DNA of 52,166 nucleotides from Tubiluchus corallicola (GCA_030141605.1 JAQGDQ010001017.1:1-52166), one strand, 5' to 3'; positions 13,919 through 27,081 are shown, counted from the first letter of the stretch. Notes: generated from the letters alone by a model not told the origin. Numbers and translations: made by a program.

Positions 13919-14374
13919 CCCTTTCAGTCATAATTATTTTTAATAAGAAAAAAAATTTGGCTCGGTACTTTTGTTCAGTATGTCCATCTTGTTTACACAT
14001 AATAATTATTTTTTTCTACCTGTCCCCGCGTGCTAAATATAGCCTGTATCCCACGGGATAGATTGGGATTCAATGGAAGCATAAAATGTGCTTCATTTTG
14101 CAACTGCTGATGATTTTTTAAAGTATTTAAGACATTTAGTCTGCATGCTATGCTGATCTGTACAAAGTTGTCTCTAAAGTACTGCACCTTGTGCAGTTTT
14201 TTATGCCATGTAGATTTTCTAGTTTGCCATTTTATCACCATTTTTAGTCTATTGTTATTGACTTAAATCAAAATAACTATTAACAGATCAAATAACTGTC
14301 GGTTTTAAAATTTTATTAATTTTAAAGGCAGAAAATATTCTCGTATCCCACAGGATACAACGGGTATGAAAGGG
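13919..14374. mobile_element. piggyBac-like MITE, copy 3
   Basis: TTAA on both flanks, CCCTTTC/GAAAGGG ends. Confidence 0.85.
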
Positions 14375-14422
14375 TTAAATATTTTTAAATCAGCTAAATT
14401 TATAAATTGGTTTTACATATTC

Positions 14423-14814
14423 TGTGAAAGTCATGTTTAAAATTGTAGATCACCCACTTTGTAGAACAAGAGTAAAACAACTATACTACATATTTCCACA
14501 AAACAAAGTGTTTATTAGACTACATACACATATGTAGAATGACTGCTACACTGAACACTGAGAATAAGAGTGTCCTGCACTGAACACTGAGAGTTAGACA
14601 GTGACTAGAAGTAGCATCCAGTCAGTATATATAGGTATAGGTGATTATGCAAACTTGGCTTCACAAAAACCATTACTGTAAAATAGGGAGAGATCCAGTG
14701 AATATGCATTCACTGGACAGTACAATTATACTTGGGGTGAGTTTAGCTAGTAAAATGTAAAAGGATTAGTTCATAGATGGCAGCACCTAAAAATATACAA
14801 TTACAACTTTCACA
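14423..14814 (-). mobile_element. Solo LTR, family A, copy 2
   Basis: TGTGAAAG...CTTTCACA inverted termini; 5-bp TSD TATTC/CATTC. Confidence 0.8.
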
Positions 14815-16084
14815 CATTCTATTATTTTTTATATTCTACGTTGGACCATAATCGAATATCAACTTTAAACTTTATTTGGTGATAATGTTTGTAAAAAGAG
14901 ATAAAAGAAAATAAACTTCTAGCAATTAATGGAATGTGAATTAAAATCTATTAAAAATATGGAGTTTTGAAGTTTGTATATTAAATATGAGCAAGTCATT
15001 AATTGCTAGCAGTTTTATTTTCTTTTATCTCTTTCTGCAACCATTGTCACCAAATGAAGTTTAAAGTTGATATACGATATGGTTCAACCGACAATATCAA
15101 AAAATTAGTAGAACGTGTAAAATTAATTTATAAATTTAGCTGATTTAAAAATATTTAATAGGTTAATAATACTCATGTAGTTGCGAATTAGAATAAACAC
15201 AGCAAAAAAAGTACTACACAGCATGAGATTAGTAAAAGACATATTTCATTCCACTGCCCAACACAAAAAACTGACCAAACCCGACTGCTCCTCTCCCCAT
15301 ATCGCCCTCCAGCGGCGAAATTAGTAACTAATTAGTAGACAATTTTAAACCTTAAAAAACTTAACAAAAACTAAGAACAAAAAAATCACAGCAAAATAAA
15401 AAATTGACAAAATTGGCAACCAATCAGGATGTGAATAGTTTTTGTAACGTAAATAGGATATACATTCATCTATTGGCCATGCTCTACTAACATTATCATT
15501 GTATGCGAGGCCCGACAGAACGTTTTTAATGACAAGCAGGCAAAATAAGCCCACCTTCAACCCTTACTTTTACTTTTAGTTTACCCTTTACGAATACCCT
15601 TTACTTTTTTACATCAAGCCAAAATATCGTTTTGACAATTTCTATTGCTTATAGTGCATAGAGCTAGCATGAGCAGCAACGCCGTTTTAACCTTACAAAA
15701 GTTAAATTCCCGGTATGACCGTTACGCGCAGCCATTTTAATGGTAAATCGTTCGACAACATTGCGCAAAATTTGAGAAATAATCAAAACATTCGTAGGAC
15801 ACTTCACTAAATAAGCAAAACTTTAAATTACTTTATATATCTTTTCAATAAGATTAAAAATACGTTTTTGGTGTACCAGTGGTGCACACTGGGCCGGTGA
15901 TATTTTACCTAGTGGTGCAAACATTTTAAATTACTAATAATTTTTGTAGTTAACGGAATCATTCAAACAGGTAAACATAATGCAAAGTAATACAGGAAAG
16001 TTTGCAAGGAAAGGTTTTTGAGACATACTTTAAAATTCCATTTTCTTCCCCTTAAAGTATTCAGCACTTTGACTTATACATATA

Positions 16085-16516
16085 CAGTCATTTGCAAAAG
16101 TTTAAGACCAAGCTCGAGTTTTCGGGATTTTCATCATACTGTACCCTGATTGCATCAGATTCTTTGTTGATTGCATCATACTGCTAGTGGTCATACAGGC
16201 AGCCATCAAGTGCTGAAGACTTGCGAAGAGTTATCAAGGACGTTTGGGTTAAAGAAATTACTTCCGAGTACTGCCAAAACCTAATTTCCAGTATGCCTCT
16301 TAGAATGAAGGCTGTGATTGACAACTTCGGCGACCATACAAAGTACTAAAATGTTCAAGGACTGTGACTATTTTTGGATAAATACATACAAACTATTCTG
16401 TAGTATAATTTTCTAGAAGAATAAATGAATAATTTTTAGATGGAACCGTGTTAAACGATGGTTTTGTCAATTTTCATGAAAAAATCACTTTGGTCTTAAA
16501 CTTTTACAAATGACTG
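16085..16516 (+). mobile_element. Tc1-derived non-autonomous element, copy 2
   Basis: Same TIRs and transposase C-terminal relic as 3440-3856. Confidence 0.85.
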
Positions 16517-16606
16517 CATTACACGATTTGAGGAAAATGTGACAATAATTTTGAGGGGGTGGGGAGGCGAAAATGTTTGTAATGGTTTCGGGTTCGTTCA
16601 TTTCAG

Positions 16607-16894
16607 GCGTGTGGCAATGGCACGTAGGCTGTTATGCTGCCTATGACACAACTGATGTAATCTACGTAAATGAAAATAACAGCACTTTGGCAGATGTAAC
16701 GAGGAATCCGCTACAATGTTCCAGATACTGTTCGCTTCAGCAGTTTCCTCTTGCGTTAATCCATAATAGTAGTAACTGTATCTGCGTTACTAAAATGACA
16801 CAGAAGGGTTCAGACTCGTGCCTCGAGTGTAACGAAACTTATGGAAAAGGTCTTGGCTGCGGCAATACAGCACGCTACAGTACTTACAACACTA
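16607..16894 (+). CDS. PKD1-like gene 2 exon: WSC domain
   Basis: tttcAG|...|GTGAGT, phase 1-1; HVGCY...QCSRYC...NCIC...C..C...GCGNTARYSTY fits the WSC cysteine pattern. Confidence 0.8.
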
Positions 16895-18316
16895 GTGAGT
16901 ACAAATAATTCAATTTTTTTTTAAATACCTAGCTGTTATAACTAACCTCTTTAGCACCAGGCCAGACACGACTTATTTACAAATCTCTGCACTCTTTTGT
17001 CAGCTTTTAACATCAACGTTTACAGTCTTGCAACAAATGAGTCTTGCAACAAATGCAACAATTGTACGTTTGTTCCTGCATGGGAACCGTACCCTAGATA
17101 ATTTCATGAACACTCAAATTTTTGTTTTAGTGCAGTCTCTTATTTCAAACCCTAAGCGCTTTAAATAGTTTTAACTTTGTTACTCTTGTTACATAGTAAT
17201 GTTCATGTTTGTTGCATCTGTCTAGCGGTTGCTCCCACTTGGGGAGAACATGTATCAGTTGTCAAACTGTCTGTTTCAAACCTAGATATTACACCTTCAA
17301 TAATTTATGTTTAAGCCAAACTTATTTGCCTTAGACTCAAAGTTCAGCTTTATTTAACTCTGATCTAAAATTAGTCAATGTTAATTGTATTTCTAATGCT
17401 GACTTCAATTAATTCGTTGATATCAATTTGATGGCACAGGCCCACAATTTATTTATTTGAAAAGCAGGAAATGCGAGAAAGTTGGAACCAGGCCAAGATT
17501 TGAACTGGGGATCTTCTGAACTTTAGAATATCATAATCACTTGGGAATTTGGTTGTCTAGCAGCAGTAGCGTCGACTTTGTAAACAGAAGATCCTAAAAA
17601 TTTAAATAACACCCATTACCCATAGGTTATTCTAGACGAAATAATGTTTACGCAGGAGTCAGAATTTAAAGTCAAACTAAACATTCACTATAATGTATGT
17701 GCTTGCAAACCTAAACCGTTCATAAGTCCAATTTATAAATCCATTCAAAATAAATAAAGTTTATATATATATATATATATACATATAAACTTTGTTTATT
17801 TTGAGTGGATTTACAACACAGTAACTATTACTGATCACAGTATTTCCACTATGTGCAGTGATGAAATATACAATTAGTTAGTTCGAGTATGTAATAACTC
17901 AAAATAGTTAATTCAATAATACGACTAGTTCATTAGTTAATACTTAATTAAAATTTACAAAACCCATACGATAGATACGATAACAGAAACGATTCTCGTT
18001 GTACATAAACCTATAAGCCAATGCAAAGTATAAGTTGGACATTGTAACGTACAATGTTGCTACTTAATTCAGAAATCCAATACATGTGGAATTAATACAA
18101 TTAGTGTAGTATTACAGTTATTACAACAGTACGCATATTTGATTCTAGCATAAGTTGTTTATTAATGAGTACTTGATTGAAAGATAGTCTGCCTAATATC
18201 TTGTATACGTACAATCAGCTAACAAAACGTCTAGTAGACTTTATGTAGTTCTGCAACAATGTGAAGAGAATGCCATTGGATGTAATAATATCAGTAACGT
18301 AATTTCTTTTTTTCAG

Positions 18317-18433
18317 GTTATACGAAACCTTGCCTTCTTTGCGTAAATGGAGTTGCTTGCGTAAACAGTTCAGATGAGTCTGGTTATTCGTGCATCTGTA
18401 ATCCAAAATTCGCAGGAAAACACTGCAGCATAG
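18317..18433 (+). CDS. PKD1-like gene 2 exon: EGF-like domain
   Basis: tttttcAG|...|GTACAA, phase 1-1; PCLLCVNGVACVNSSDESGYSCICNPKFAGKHC. Confidence 0.8.
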
Positions 18434-19114
18434 GTACAAGAATTGAAAAATTCACTTGACGTTCACGTTAAGGGAAGACAGGATGATTTTTTTATAGCCC
18501 ATGTCATTTTGATGTACGGTAAAAGTATACATTTCAATACCAGTGATAATGCCAAAGTGTTTATGATAATTAAATAATAGGTTAAAAACTTAATTAACGG
18601 CATGCGAGCTCGACTTTTGACGACGTCACAACTGAACAGAAGTTTCAACAGCACAAACATTTCTTGTTGCACGCAAAGCAAAAATTGAAGTACAGTGCTA
18701 TTGTACAATATTCACCACAATATTTACAAAAGCTCGTCAGATTTTAAGTTTAAAAATTTGAATGTTGAAGTTCACATCTATACTCGCGCATGAGCATTTG
18801 AACGTGTGCACTACATCACAACTGAACACTTCTGAATTCAGAGGTACGACATCGTGTTCCCTAAATGCAGACGCTAGTGCCAGTCTGATTAGCGAATGGC
18901 GAAATGCATGTAACAGGGAAGAACTAGTGGCACAAACGTGAAAGTGTTTGTGTGGTAATAATACTTTCACGTAAGTCATGCTTGAAAAATAGTATACTTC
19001 CTTTCATTGTTTTACAAAGTAGATGAATTTGAGCTGTAGTTTAGAATTGGATCCGGCTTTCCTTTGTACAATTGCAACCAATTCTGAAGTGACTTTCTAA
19101 ATAACTTCTTATAC

Positions 19115-19609
19115 CAGGGGTGTGCAAATTATCTGATTAGCCGGGCCACATTAAACTTTCCCGCAATTCCTGCGGGCCACAAGCAGTCAAGGAGCCAAAT
19201 ACAGAAGGACCTAATAACGATTTTTTTGCATCCGACCTGCGTGCATCGTTACTATTACACTCAAGAAACTATTTTAGAAGTTATTAAAATTTATATTACA
19301 AACCATATATTTCTACTTTCAGGACAGATAGTGGTAATTTCATTACAATGCATATTAGTAATGTGTATCACACAGTCTGTGTAGTACAGTGACATTAAAC
19401 TACAACCGTCTTGTAAGGGTTAATGGCATCTGATCTAGTAGAAAAAACTACCCGCACTATCTTTGGGATCGTGGCACAGACTTCAGCTGGATACGCTCAA
19501 TTAATCGCCCGGGCCGCACTTTCATTAGGTTGAAAAATCTCTTCGCGGGCCGCACAAATTCTCTCGGCGGGCCGCAAGTGGCCCGCGGGCCGCAATTTGC
19601 ACACCCCTG
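19115..19609. mobile_element. hAT (Charlie-like) MITE family 1, copy 1
   Basis: TIR CAGGGGTGTGCAAATT, GCGGGCCGC subterminal motifs, degenerate 8-bp TSD. Confidence 0.85.
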
Positions 19610-20344
19610 CTGTATACAATGTTTACATAGCCATATAAAGTGAATTTTATACGTGGTGAATTTATTACCTTAGTGAATTTTAGGTTGTAGAGCGATAATC
19701 CGTGGCCTTTAATATGTAACTTAAATTTGGAAATCTTAGAAACTGTCTGTTTTTGTCAACTTAATGGATGATAACCTATTATGTCAGACGGGTGGCATAT
19801 TTTAGTCAATGATCTTTAATTAATAGTTTAATTAAGATCCTTAGTTTTATTCACCTGTAGCCTACATGAATGGTAGTAATATGATCTTGGCGAATAAGTA
19901 GATTCTTTTACTTTTTTATTTGATTTTTAAATAATGATTTATTGTATTATAGTGTATTTCTGACATCACGTTTTATCGCTATTTGTTTCTGTATGATCTT
20001 AGAATATTTTTTATCACTTTATTATTATTTTAATATGTTATTATGAGTTTATTTCGTATAAAAATATACAGTTTACAAGGATAAAGATGTTAATAAAGCA
20101 GGTAATGCGATGATAGTAAAGTATCATATCTACAGACATTCAACTTTATAACCACACATTGTAGTTCCCTTGTAATTATATTACAGCATACAGCGTTGTA
20201 AGGAGCTATAATAGATATCTTAAAACATAATCTTTAAATCAGTTCTTAACCTTTAAATTTGCATTTTCTTTTAGATCTACAGTACAACCATATTTAAATT
20301 CTAAATATATTTATTGCCCATACTTGAGAGAATATTATTCACGG

Positions 20345-20699
20345 AACCAATAAATTTCCGGTGCCATTAAGCTTACATTTTGCCTCAGTTGGCACGTAGG
20401 TGGCAAGAGGTGTGAACCTTACTCAGCTTTGGCTAAGTAATTTATTCTTTATGCTAGATCGAAGTCACCGTCTGCAACCATAAATTTCCGGCACCCTTAA
20501 TCTTACATTTTGCCTCAGTTGGCACGTAGGTGGCAAGAAGTGTGAACCTTTCTCAGCTTTGGCTAAGTAATTTATTCTTTATTCTAGATCGAATTCAGGG
20601 TTAGCAACCATAAATTTCCAGTGCCCTTAAGCTTACATTTTGCCTCAGTTGGCACGTCGGTGGCAAGAGGTGTGAACCTTACTCAGCTTTGACTAAGTA
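20345..20699. repeat. 130-bp tandem repeat (third unit interrupted by Tc1 element, resumes 21120-21157)
   Basis: ATAAATTTCC at 20350, 20480, 20610; units include a copy of the intron 3' end and acceptor. Confidence 0.9.
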
Positions 20700-21119
20700 C
20701 AGTCATTTGAAAAAAGTTTAAGACCATGCTGGAGTTTTCGGATTCTTCATCATACTGTACCCTGATTGCGTCAGATTCTTTGTTGATTACATCATACTGC
20801 TAGTGGTCAGACAGGCAGCCATCAAGTGCTGAAGACTTACGAAGAGTTATCAAGGACGTTTGGGTTAAAGAAATTACTTCCGAGTACTGCCAAAACCTAA
20901 TTTCCAGTATGCCTCTTAGAATGAAGGCTGTGATTGACAACTTCGGTGGCCATACTAAGTACTAAAATGTTCAAGGACTGTGACTATTTTTGGATAAAAA
21001 CATACAAACTATGCTGTAGTGTATTTTTCTAGAAGAATAAATGAATAGTTTTTAGATGGAACCGTGTTAAACGATGGTTTTGTCAAATCACTTTGGTCTT
21101 AAACTTTTGCAAATGACTG
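20700..21119 (+). mobile_element. Tc1-derived non-autonomous element, copy 3
   Basis: TIRs; TA duplication confirmed by the empty site TAAGTAATTT in the neighbouring repeat units. Confidence 0.9.
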
Positions 21120-21139
21120 TAATTTATTCTTTATTCTAG

Positions 21140-21774
21140 TTCGAGTTCAGAGTTTGCGTCTTGATCGAAAATCCTACAACGGAATTGCTGGTGAACCTGT
21201 CTGCTTTCGTTTATCCGCCAAAAACATAGTTGGCAGAAAAGACGTCAACTTTAATTGGACTACAGATGACCCGACAGTGGTAATCATCACAAATGCTACG
21301 CAATTTTACAGCAGTAATGAAGAATTAGTTCATATCGAATGCCACACTTATAGCCAGGGAGGAATGTATTCGCTTACTATAAATGTATACGTTGAAGGTC
21401 AGAGCCTCTCTACATTGACCGCAGATGTCAGCATTGCAAATTGTGACGTGTTCATTGTCCTTGATGGCGCAGGAAACACGGAGGACAGTTGTCCGAAATA
21501 TAAAGCATTTATTTCATTTGTTGTATCAGCAACTGTCCAGTTCAGTTGTAATTTATTTGATCCTGCATTCATACGGTATGAATTTGGCATTTACTACGTT
21601 AACACATCGGTTCCTCAAGTATCACCTGAGAATAACGTCACCGACAAAGTGACGACGAAGGATAATTATATCCTGGTGCCACCAAGATCCCTGCCTCCTG
21701 GAAGGTACCTCGTCGATGCAAGAGTTCTAGTAAATTTTGTGAACCTGACTCAGACCGTTGAGCACAGAATCCAG
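21140..21774 (+). CDS. PKD1-like gene 2 exon: PKD domain and start of REJ region
   Basis: ttattctAG|...CAG|GTAAGT; FNWTTDD...HTYSQGGMYSLTINV (PKD-like), ILVPPRSLPPGRYLV (REJ-like). Confidence 0.85.
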
Positions 21775-21902
21775 GTAAGTGATTAAACGAAAAGAGAAGT
21801 CACTTAGCATGTTTCTTTATTTTATTGTTATCAATTAAATTTGGAAAAATGTAACAAAGGAATTTGTAAAAAACTTGTTTATAAATCAATTTATAGCTTT
21901 AT

Positions 21903-22427
21903 CAGTGGCGGCTCGTAGATAAAATTAGTGGGGGTGCTGTAAAATTAAAAGTTTTTTAGCCATTGTTTTAATACTGTATAAAAGGAAACAAACATGTAAT
22001 TATAATGTTGTTACTGTAATTTTAAATAATCAAACTAATTTAAACGTAACCTTGATAAACACCTAAACAAAAAAGGTTGTTTTCTTACTAACAGCCTAGA
22101 TTGTCACAGTTCAAGAATATGCCTATACACGGCTTTTAAGCACGTGACAACTGACAACAAGTACTGCAGTGAGGAAAAGTACCCTTTGTACCTAAAGTAC
22201 AGCGTCTTAACGCAGACATGCGCACATGGCAGCATGCGCGCAGCAGCCAAACACCCCGCTGTGCAGGGCTGTGAAGCAAGCAATGCCACCCTCGCGTGCT
22301 CCGGTTCCCCACAAGTATAAAGAAAGAGTTAAAGGAAAAATATTATTATATTGAATATTATCGATAATAATGAGTGAAAACAGGGGGTGCTGCAGTTCCA
22401 CAGTAACTATACACGAGCCCGCCACTG
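21903..22427. mobile_element. hAT MITE family 2
   Basis: CAGTGGCGG...CCGCCACTG termini, perfect 8-bp TSD AGCTTTAT. Confidence 0.85.
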
Positions 22428-22778
22428 AGCTTTATACAACGGCTATACAGATATTTTCGGGCGCAGTGGTAGCGGCCATTCACTTGACTGGTGAACTTCG
22501 TGACCTTTTGACAGAGCATTATTTTGTTTAGTATGGTATGAAAAATGCTTTATGTGCTCTACAAAACAGCATAAAACGATGGTTAAATTTGCCCAAAATA
22601 CAACGAAGCCCAAAAACATAAAAATAATAATAAACGTTTTCATTTATAAACATAAACATAAGAACAATTAACAAATCACACAAATAAATAACGCATACAG
22701 GAACACGTCCATTAGTTGATTAAAAATACCACAATTTATAACACATCTTAATATATATCACAGTGCTGATTGAATGCA

Positions 22779-23700
22779 TTAATTCTTACCTCGTAATTTA
22801 GAATCACTTATTGCTGAAATTTTATGCACATAATAAATCAACAATTTCTTAACTTCCATATCTCCACATTTGTTTAAAAATATAAACTTATCTATATCAC
22901 ACATAGATGGGAATTCTGGAAAAATGTCTGATGTTTGATGTAAGTACGCAGTCCTTTCTTGACAATAAACATTGCATTGCATACGAAAGTGAAATTTCGT
23001 GCTCTGATTTTTACCTAAAGTACATTTTCTCATATCAATAGGTGTTTTAAGTCTGGTATATCGACCAGCTTCAATTTCTAATCTATGCGCGCTAATACGG
23101 AATTTTGTGTAAGTTTCCTTATGTGCTCTAGGGCAGGGGTGTGCAAATTGCGGAACGCCGGCCAATTGTGGCCCGCCGAGAGAATTTGTGCGGCCCGCGA
23201 AGAGATTCGTCAACCTCATGAAAGTGCGGCCCGGGCGATTAATTGAATGTATCCAGCTAATTTAGATAGTGCGGTTAGTTTTTTCTACAATATCGGATGC
23301 CATTAACCCTTAAAGGACGGTTGTAGCTTAATGTCACTGTACTACACAGACTGTGTGATACACAGTACTAATATGCATTGTAATGAAATTACCACTATCC
23401 GTCCTGAAAGTAGAAATATATGGTTTGTAATATAAATTTTTACAACTTCTAAAATAGTTTCTTGAGTGTAGTAGTAATGATGTACGCAGGTCGAATGCAA
23501 AAAAATCGTTATTAGGCCTTTCTGTACTTGGCTCCTTGATCAAACTGCGTGCGGCCCGCAGGAATTGCGGGAAAGTTTAATGTGGCCCGGCTAGTCAGAT
23601 AATTTGCACACCCCTGCTCTAGGGCATTGGTAATCAAAAGATGATTTTCGAGTTTATACTAAGATTTGAACAGTCTATACATCCTTAGTTTATTAAAACC
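22779..23700 (-). mobile_element. Degenerate LINE (L2/CR1 group) ORF2 C-terminal relic, interrupted by a hAT MITE
   Basis: NKLRMYRLFK on one side of the MITE and TKFRISAHRLEIEAGRY...RKC on the other. Confidence 0.75.
23134..23616. mobile_element. hAT (Charlie-like) MITE family 1, copy 2
   Basis: CAGGGGTGTGCAAATT TIRs, perfect 8-bp TSD CTCTAGGG. Confidence 0.92.
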
Positions 23701-23713
23701 AAAAAAAGATATT

Positions 23714-24625
23714 TGTTTTGTCCAGTTTGTCTGTCTGTCTGTAACCCAAAACCTCAATAAAAAATGATGAAAACTTTGGTAAAGGTTGATTTCCTTTATT
23801 ACTGTGCTCAAAAAAAGAAGTGAATGAGGTGTATAGAGGGGGGTTTCAACATAAATTGCAGTCTGAAATAATAAAAGTAAAAAGCAACATTTAGAACTTA
23901 ATAATTCACTTAGCTTTAACACACTAGAGCAAAAGTTTAATTTAAAGCAATAACCTCAGTTTAGGTAAATCAAAAAGCCACAAAATATAATTTGAAGCAA
24001 ACATACCTTAGCAAACTACATTATGAAATTTGAAATCTGAACTTTACCAGCTGACTATGAATCTTATGGTAGCAACTTCTGGAGGTGCTGCAAGCTTTTG
24101 GTTGTTTGCCTGTAAAAATAATTTGCATATTTCTTAAGCTGTTTACTGTGCTGTCTATTTGTACTGTCTGTATGTTTACTGTACATACCATTTACTGGGT
24201 TTCAACCAAAGTTAATGAGGCGTAACAGGAGTCCTGGCTATTGTATGTTGGGCTGTAGTAGGTCAGATTTCATGGTCTGATGGTAAAGTTCAGATTTCAA
24301 ATTTCATAATGTAGTTTGTTAAGGTATGTTTGCTACAAATTATATTTTGTAGTTTTTTTATTTACCTAAACTGAGATTAGTGCTTTAAATTTAACTTTTG
24401 TTCTAGTGTGTTAAAGCTAAGTGAATTATTAAGTTCTAAATGTTGCTTTTTACTTTTATGATTTCAGACTGAAATTTATGTTGAAACCCACCCCCACCCC
24501 CACTATACACCCCCTTCACTTCTTTTTTTGAGCACAGTGATAAAGGAAATCAACCTGTACTAAAGTGTTCATCATTTTTTATTGAGGTTATGGGTTACAG
24601 ACAGACAAGCAAACTGGACAAAACA
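23714..24625. repeat. Fold-back element: ~335-bp inverted arms with ~230-bp spacer
   Basis: 23714-24049 is the diverged reverse complement of 24280-24625. Confidence 0.85.
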
Positions 24626-24747
24626 CTATTTGCTTAAGAATGGCACGTGAAGAATTATTACTATGGAAACGTAATTTCGCGTCCACAGCTAGTTCTTCGG
24701 TGTGATACTAAGTTTTTTAATTTAAATCACTAATTTTAATTGTTTAG

Positions 24748-24890
24748 GGTTGCTTTAGAATTGAGTCATCAAGATTGGTACCCATCATTCGTGGAGGACC
24801 TTTTAAATTGGTTGGAACTGAAGATGATCTCACAATGGATGGTACTTTATCTTATGATCCAGATAGCTTGAAACATCTGGCTGGCCTTTC
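24748..24890 (+). CDS. PKD1-like gene 2 exon: REJ domain
   Basis: LVPIIRGG...LTMDGTLSYDPD (REJ-type motif); AG/GT, phase 0-2. Confidence 0.88.
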
Positions 24891-25882
24891 GTATGTTATT
24901 AATAGAAAGAATAATAATACTAGTTACTGTTCATTTTACTATAAAATATATTTTACTAAAATTATACTATAGAGTGTTTCGTGTGGCGTGATTATGTGTT
25001 CTGGACGCTGTGGGCTTTTGATCTATCTTTGATGACTTTTATTTTACAAAAGAAACAACGTAAATTGTGTTCATCTTTCAAAGTCGCGACATCCATTGTC
25101 GCCAAAATCTGGCAACTGTATTTGGTGAATGTTAGAGAGCAATTATCCTTTTCACAGTTCCAGCGATTGATGATGATCATGAAAAGGTCAAAGGCTAAAT
25201 GTACCAGGCAACGCGCTTTTGTACACTTGACAATGCCTCGCAGCCCATGCCTTGTTCATTTTTTCTTGTCCACAAGCAAGATCCTGCCAGTAAATCAGTT
25301 TATGCACAGACTAATGCATATCTAAGCAAAGTCCACGCAAAAACGAAGTTACTGAAGCGATGTGACAGCCAGCTTTGCTTTACCCGGATAAGACGTGACA
25401 GTTGTGGTTAAAACGCGATGCTCTGGTGCACCTAACCTTTGACTCGCATTACAAAGAAACTGTGAAAAGGTTTATTTAAAACTTTTAAATAGGACTCTTA
25501 TTGAAGAACTATACCACAACGTTAGAATTTTGGTACATGCGATCTTAGCTGAGCACTCAGATTCAAACCTTTTAAACATTACCTTGCTAATAGAAATTTT
25601 AATGCCTCTTTGTTGGCTAAAATATGTTCAGTGAAAGTAATTCATATTATTTAATGTATTTTAACGCAATTAAATAATATTTTTTGAAATGGATACAACA
25701 CCAGTTTAACGTGCAGACAAAAAGTTTTGAAATACAATTATTTACATTTAGTTTAATTTGCATTGGTTAAAAGAGAGTTCATTGCATGATTAAAGGTATG
25801 ACTATAGCTAAGTACTGGTATAAAAATTATGTAGACTATATTGAAATTAATTAATAATAACTTACGTTGATAGAGCCTTTAA

Positions 25883-26233
25883 CATTTTTCAGTATATTAG
25901 CATTTTGGTTTTTCGTGAGCTAGCGGTAGTTGTATGCCTTCGGATCTCCCCGCCATTTCTCTGTTTTGTTAGAATTATAACTGTGAGTTTCTTATGAATT
26001 TATGGCTGTGACATTACTGTTCATAAAGGGTACTTGGAGTTTTCAATCCAGGAGTTACAAGGACAGGATTGAAATCTCCAAGTAGCCTTAAGAACAACAA
26101 TGTCACAGCAAATAAATTCATAAGAAGTTCACAGTTATAATTTCTAACAAAACAGAGATATGGCGGGGAGATCCGAAGACATGCAACTACCGCTAGCTCA
26201 CGAAAAACCATAATGCTAATGTACTAAAGAATG
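25883..26233. repeat. Long hairpin (palindromic MITE-like), ~170-bp arms with a short loop
   Basis: TTTTCGTGAGCTAGCGGTAGTTG... pairs with ...CAACTACCGCTAGCTCACGAAAA. Confidence 0.88.
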
Positions 26234-26515
26234 ATGGGTGCTTCAATTTTAAAAGAGTGATTACTGTAATACGCTAAATACCTACTAAATGAACAAACAG
26301 GTGGCAGCACCGTGCCAGCAATTGGAACTTTATGAAAACCAAAAAGGGCCTGTGCACTCGCTACATTTGTAATTACTGCATTTTAAATATTTGCTACTAA
26401 TTTTTTACTTATAAGTGTAGTTGATGTTTCCATAGTAGAAATAAAATGGTGGTTAAACCACATCAAGGTTAATCAGTTCAGGAAACTGCAGCTCCCTTCA
26501 TCGCATTACGTAAAA

Positions 26516-26855
26516 TTAACAGGTAAAAGACGTATTTTCGGCCTACCATAGCAACCATCGTGTCATTAACAGGTAAAAGACGTATTTTCGGCCTACCATA
26601 GCAACCATCGTGTCATCAACAGGTAAAAGACGTATTTTTGGCCTACCATAGCAACCATCGTGTCACTAACAGGTAAAAGACGTATTTTCGGCCTACCATA
26701 GCAACCATCGTGTCATTAACAGGTAAAAGACGTATTTTCGGTCTACCATAGCAACCATCGTGTCATTAACAGGTAAAAGACGTATTTTCGGTCTACCATA
26801 GCAACCATCGTGTCATTAACAAGTAAAAGACGTATATTCGGTCTATCATAGAACC
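26516..26855. repeat. 50-bp minisatellite, about 7 copies
   Basis: Unit TTAACAGGTAAAAGACGTATTTTCGGCCTACCATAGCAACCATCGTGTCA. Confidence 0.95.
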
Positions 26856-26983
26856 ATTCCGATCATTCCAATTTAATGACAATCCGGAATTCTATGTAAC
26901 AAAGTTTTTGTAACACGATGAAGGAAGCAGTGGTTTCCCAAATTATGGTTAGCATTATAAATCTTTTGTCAATTTTTTATTAG

Positions 26984-27081
26984 ATATTTCTGGTATTGCG
27001 TAAGTGGAAACAACATCGATCAACTTCCTCTTGCTAACGACACTGGTTGCAATAATAACAGCGCTCTTCTTCCGTATAATG
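26984..27081 (+). CDS. PKD1-like gene 2 exon: REJ domain
   Basis: YFWYCVSG...TGCNNN; phase 2-1, continuing ...AGLS from the previous exon. Confidence 0.8.

Noticed and set aside
17480-17595. tRNA-like B-box (GTTCAAATC on minus strand)
   Set aside because: No cloverleaf can be built; at most a decayed tRNA-SINE head.
24981-25411. Short ORFs with scattered Cys, possible PHD-finger relic
   Set aside because: Ligand spacing incomplete; cannot assign without a profile search.
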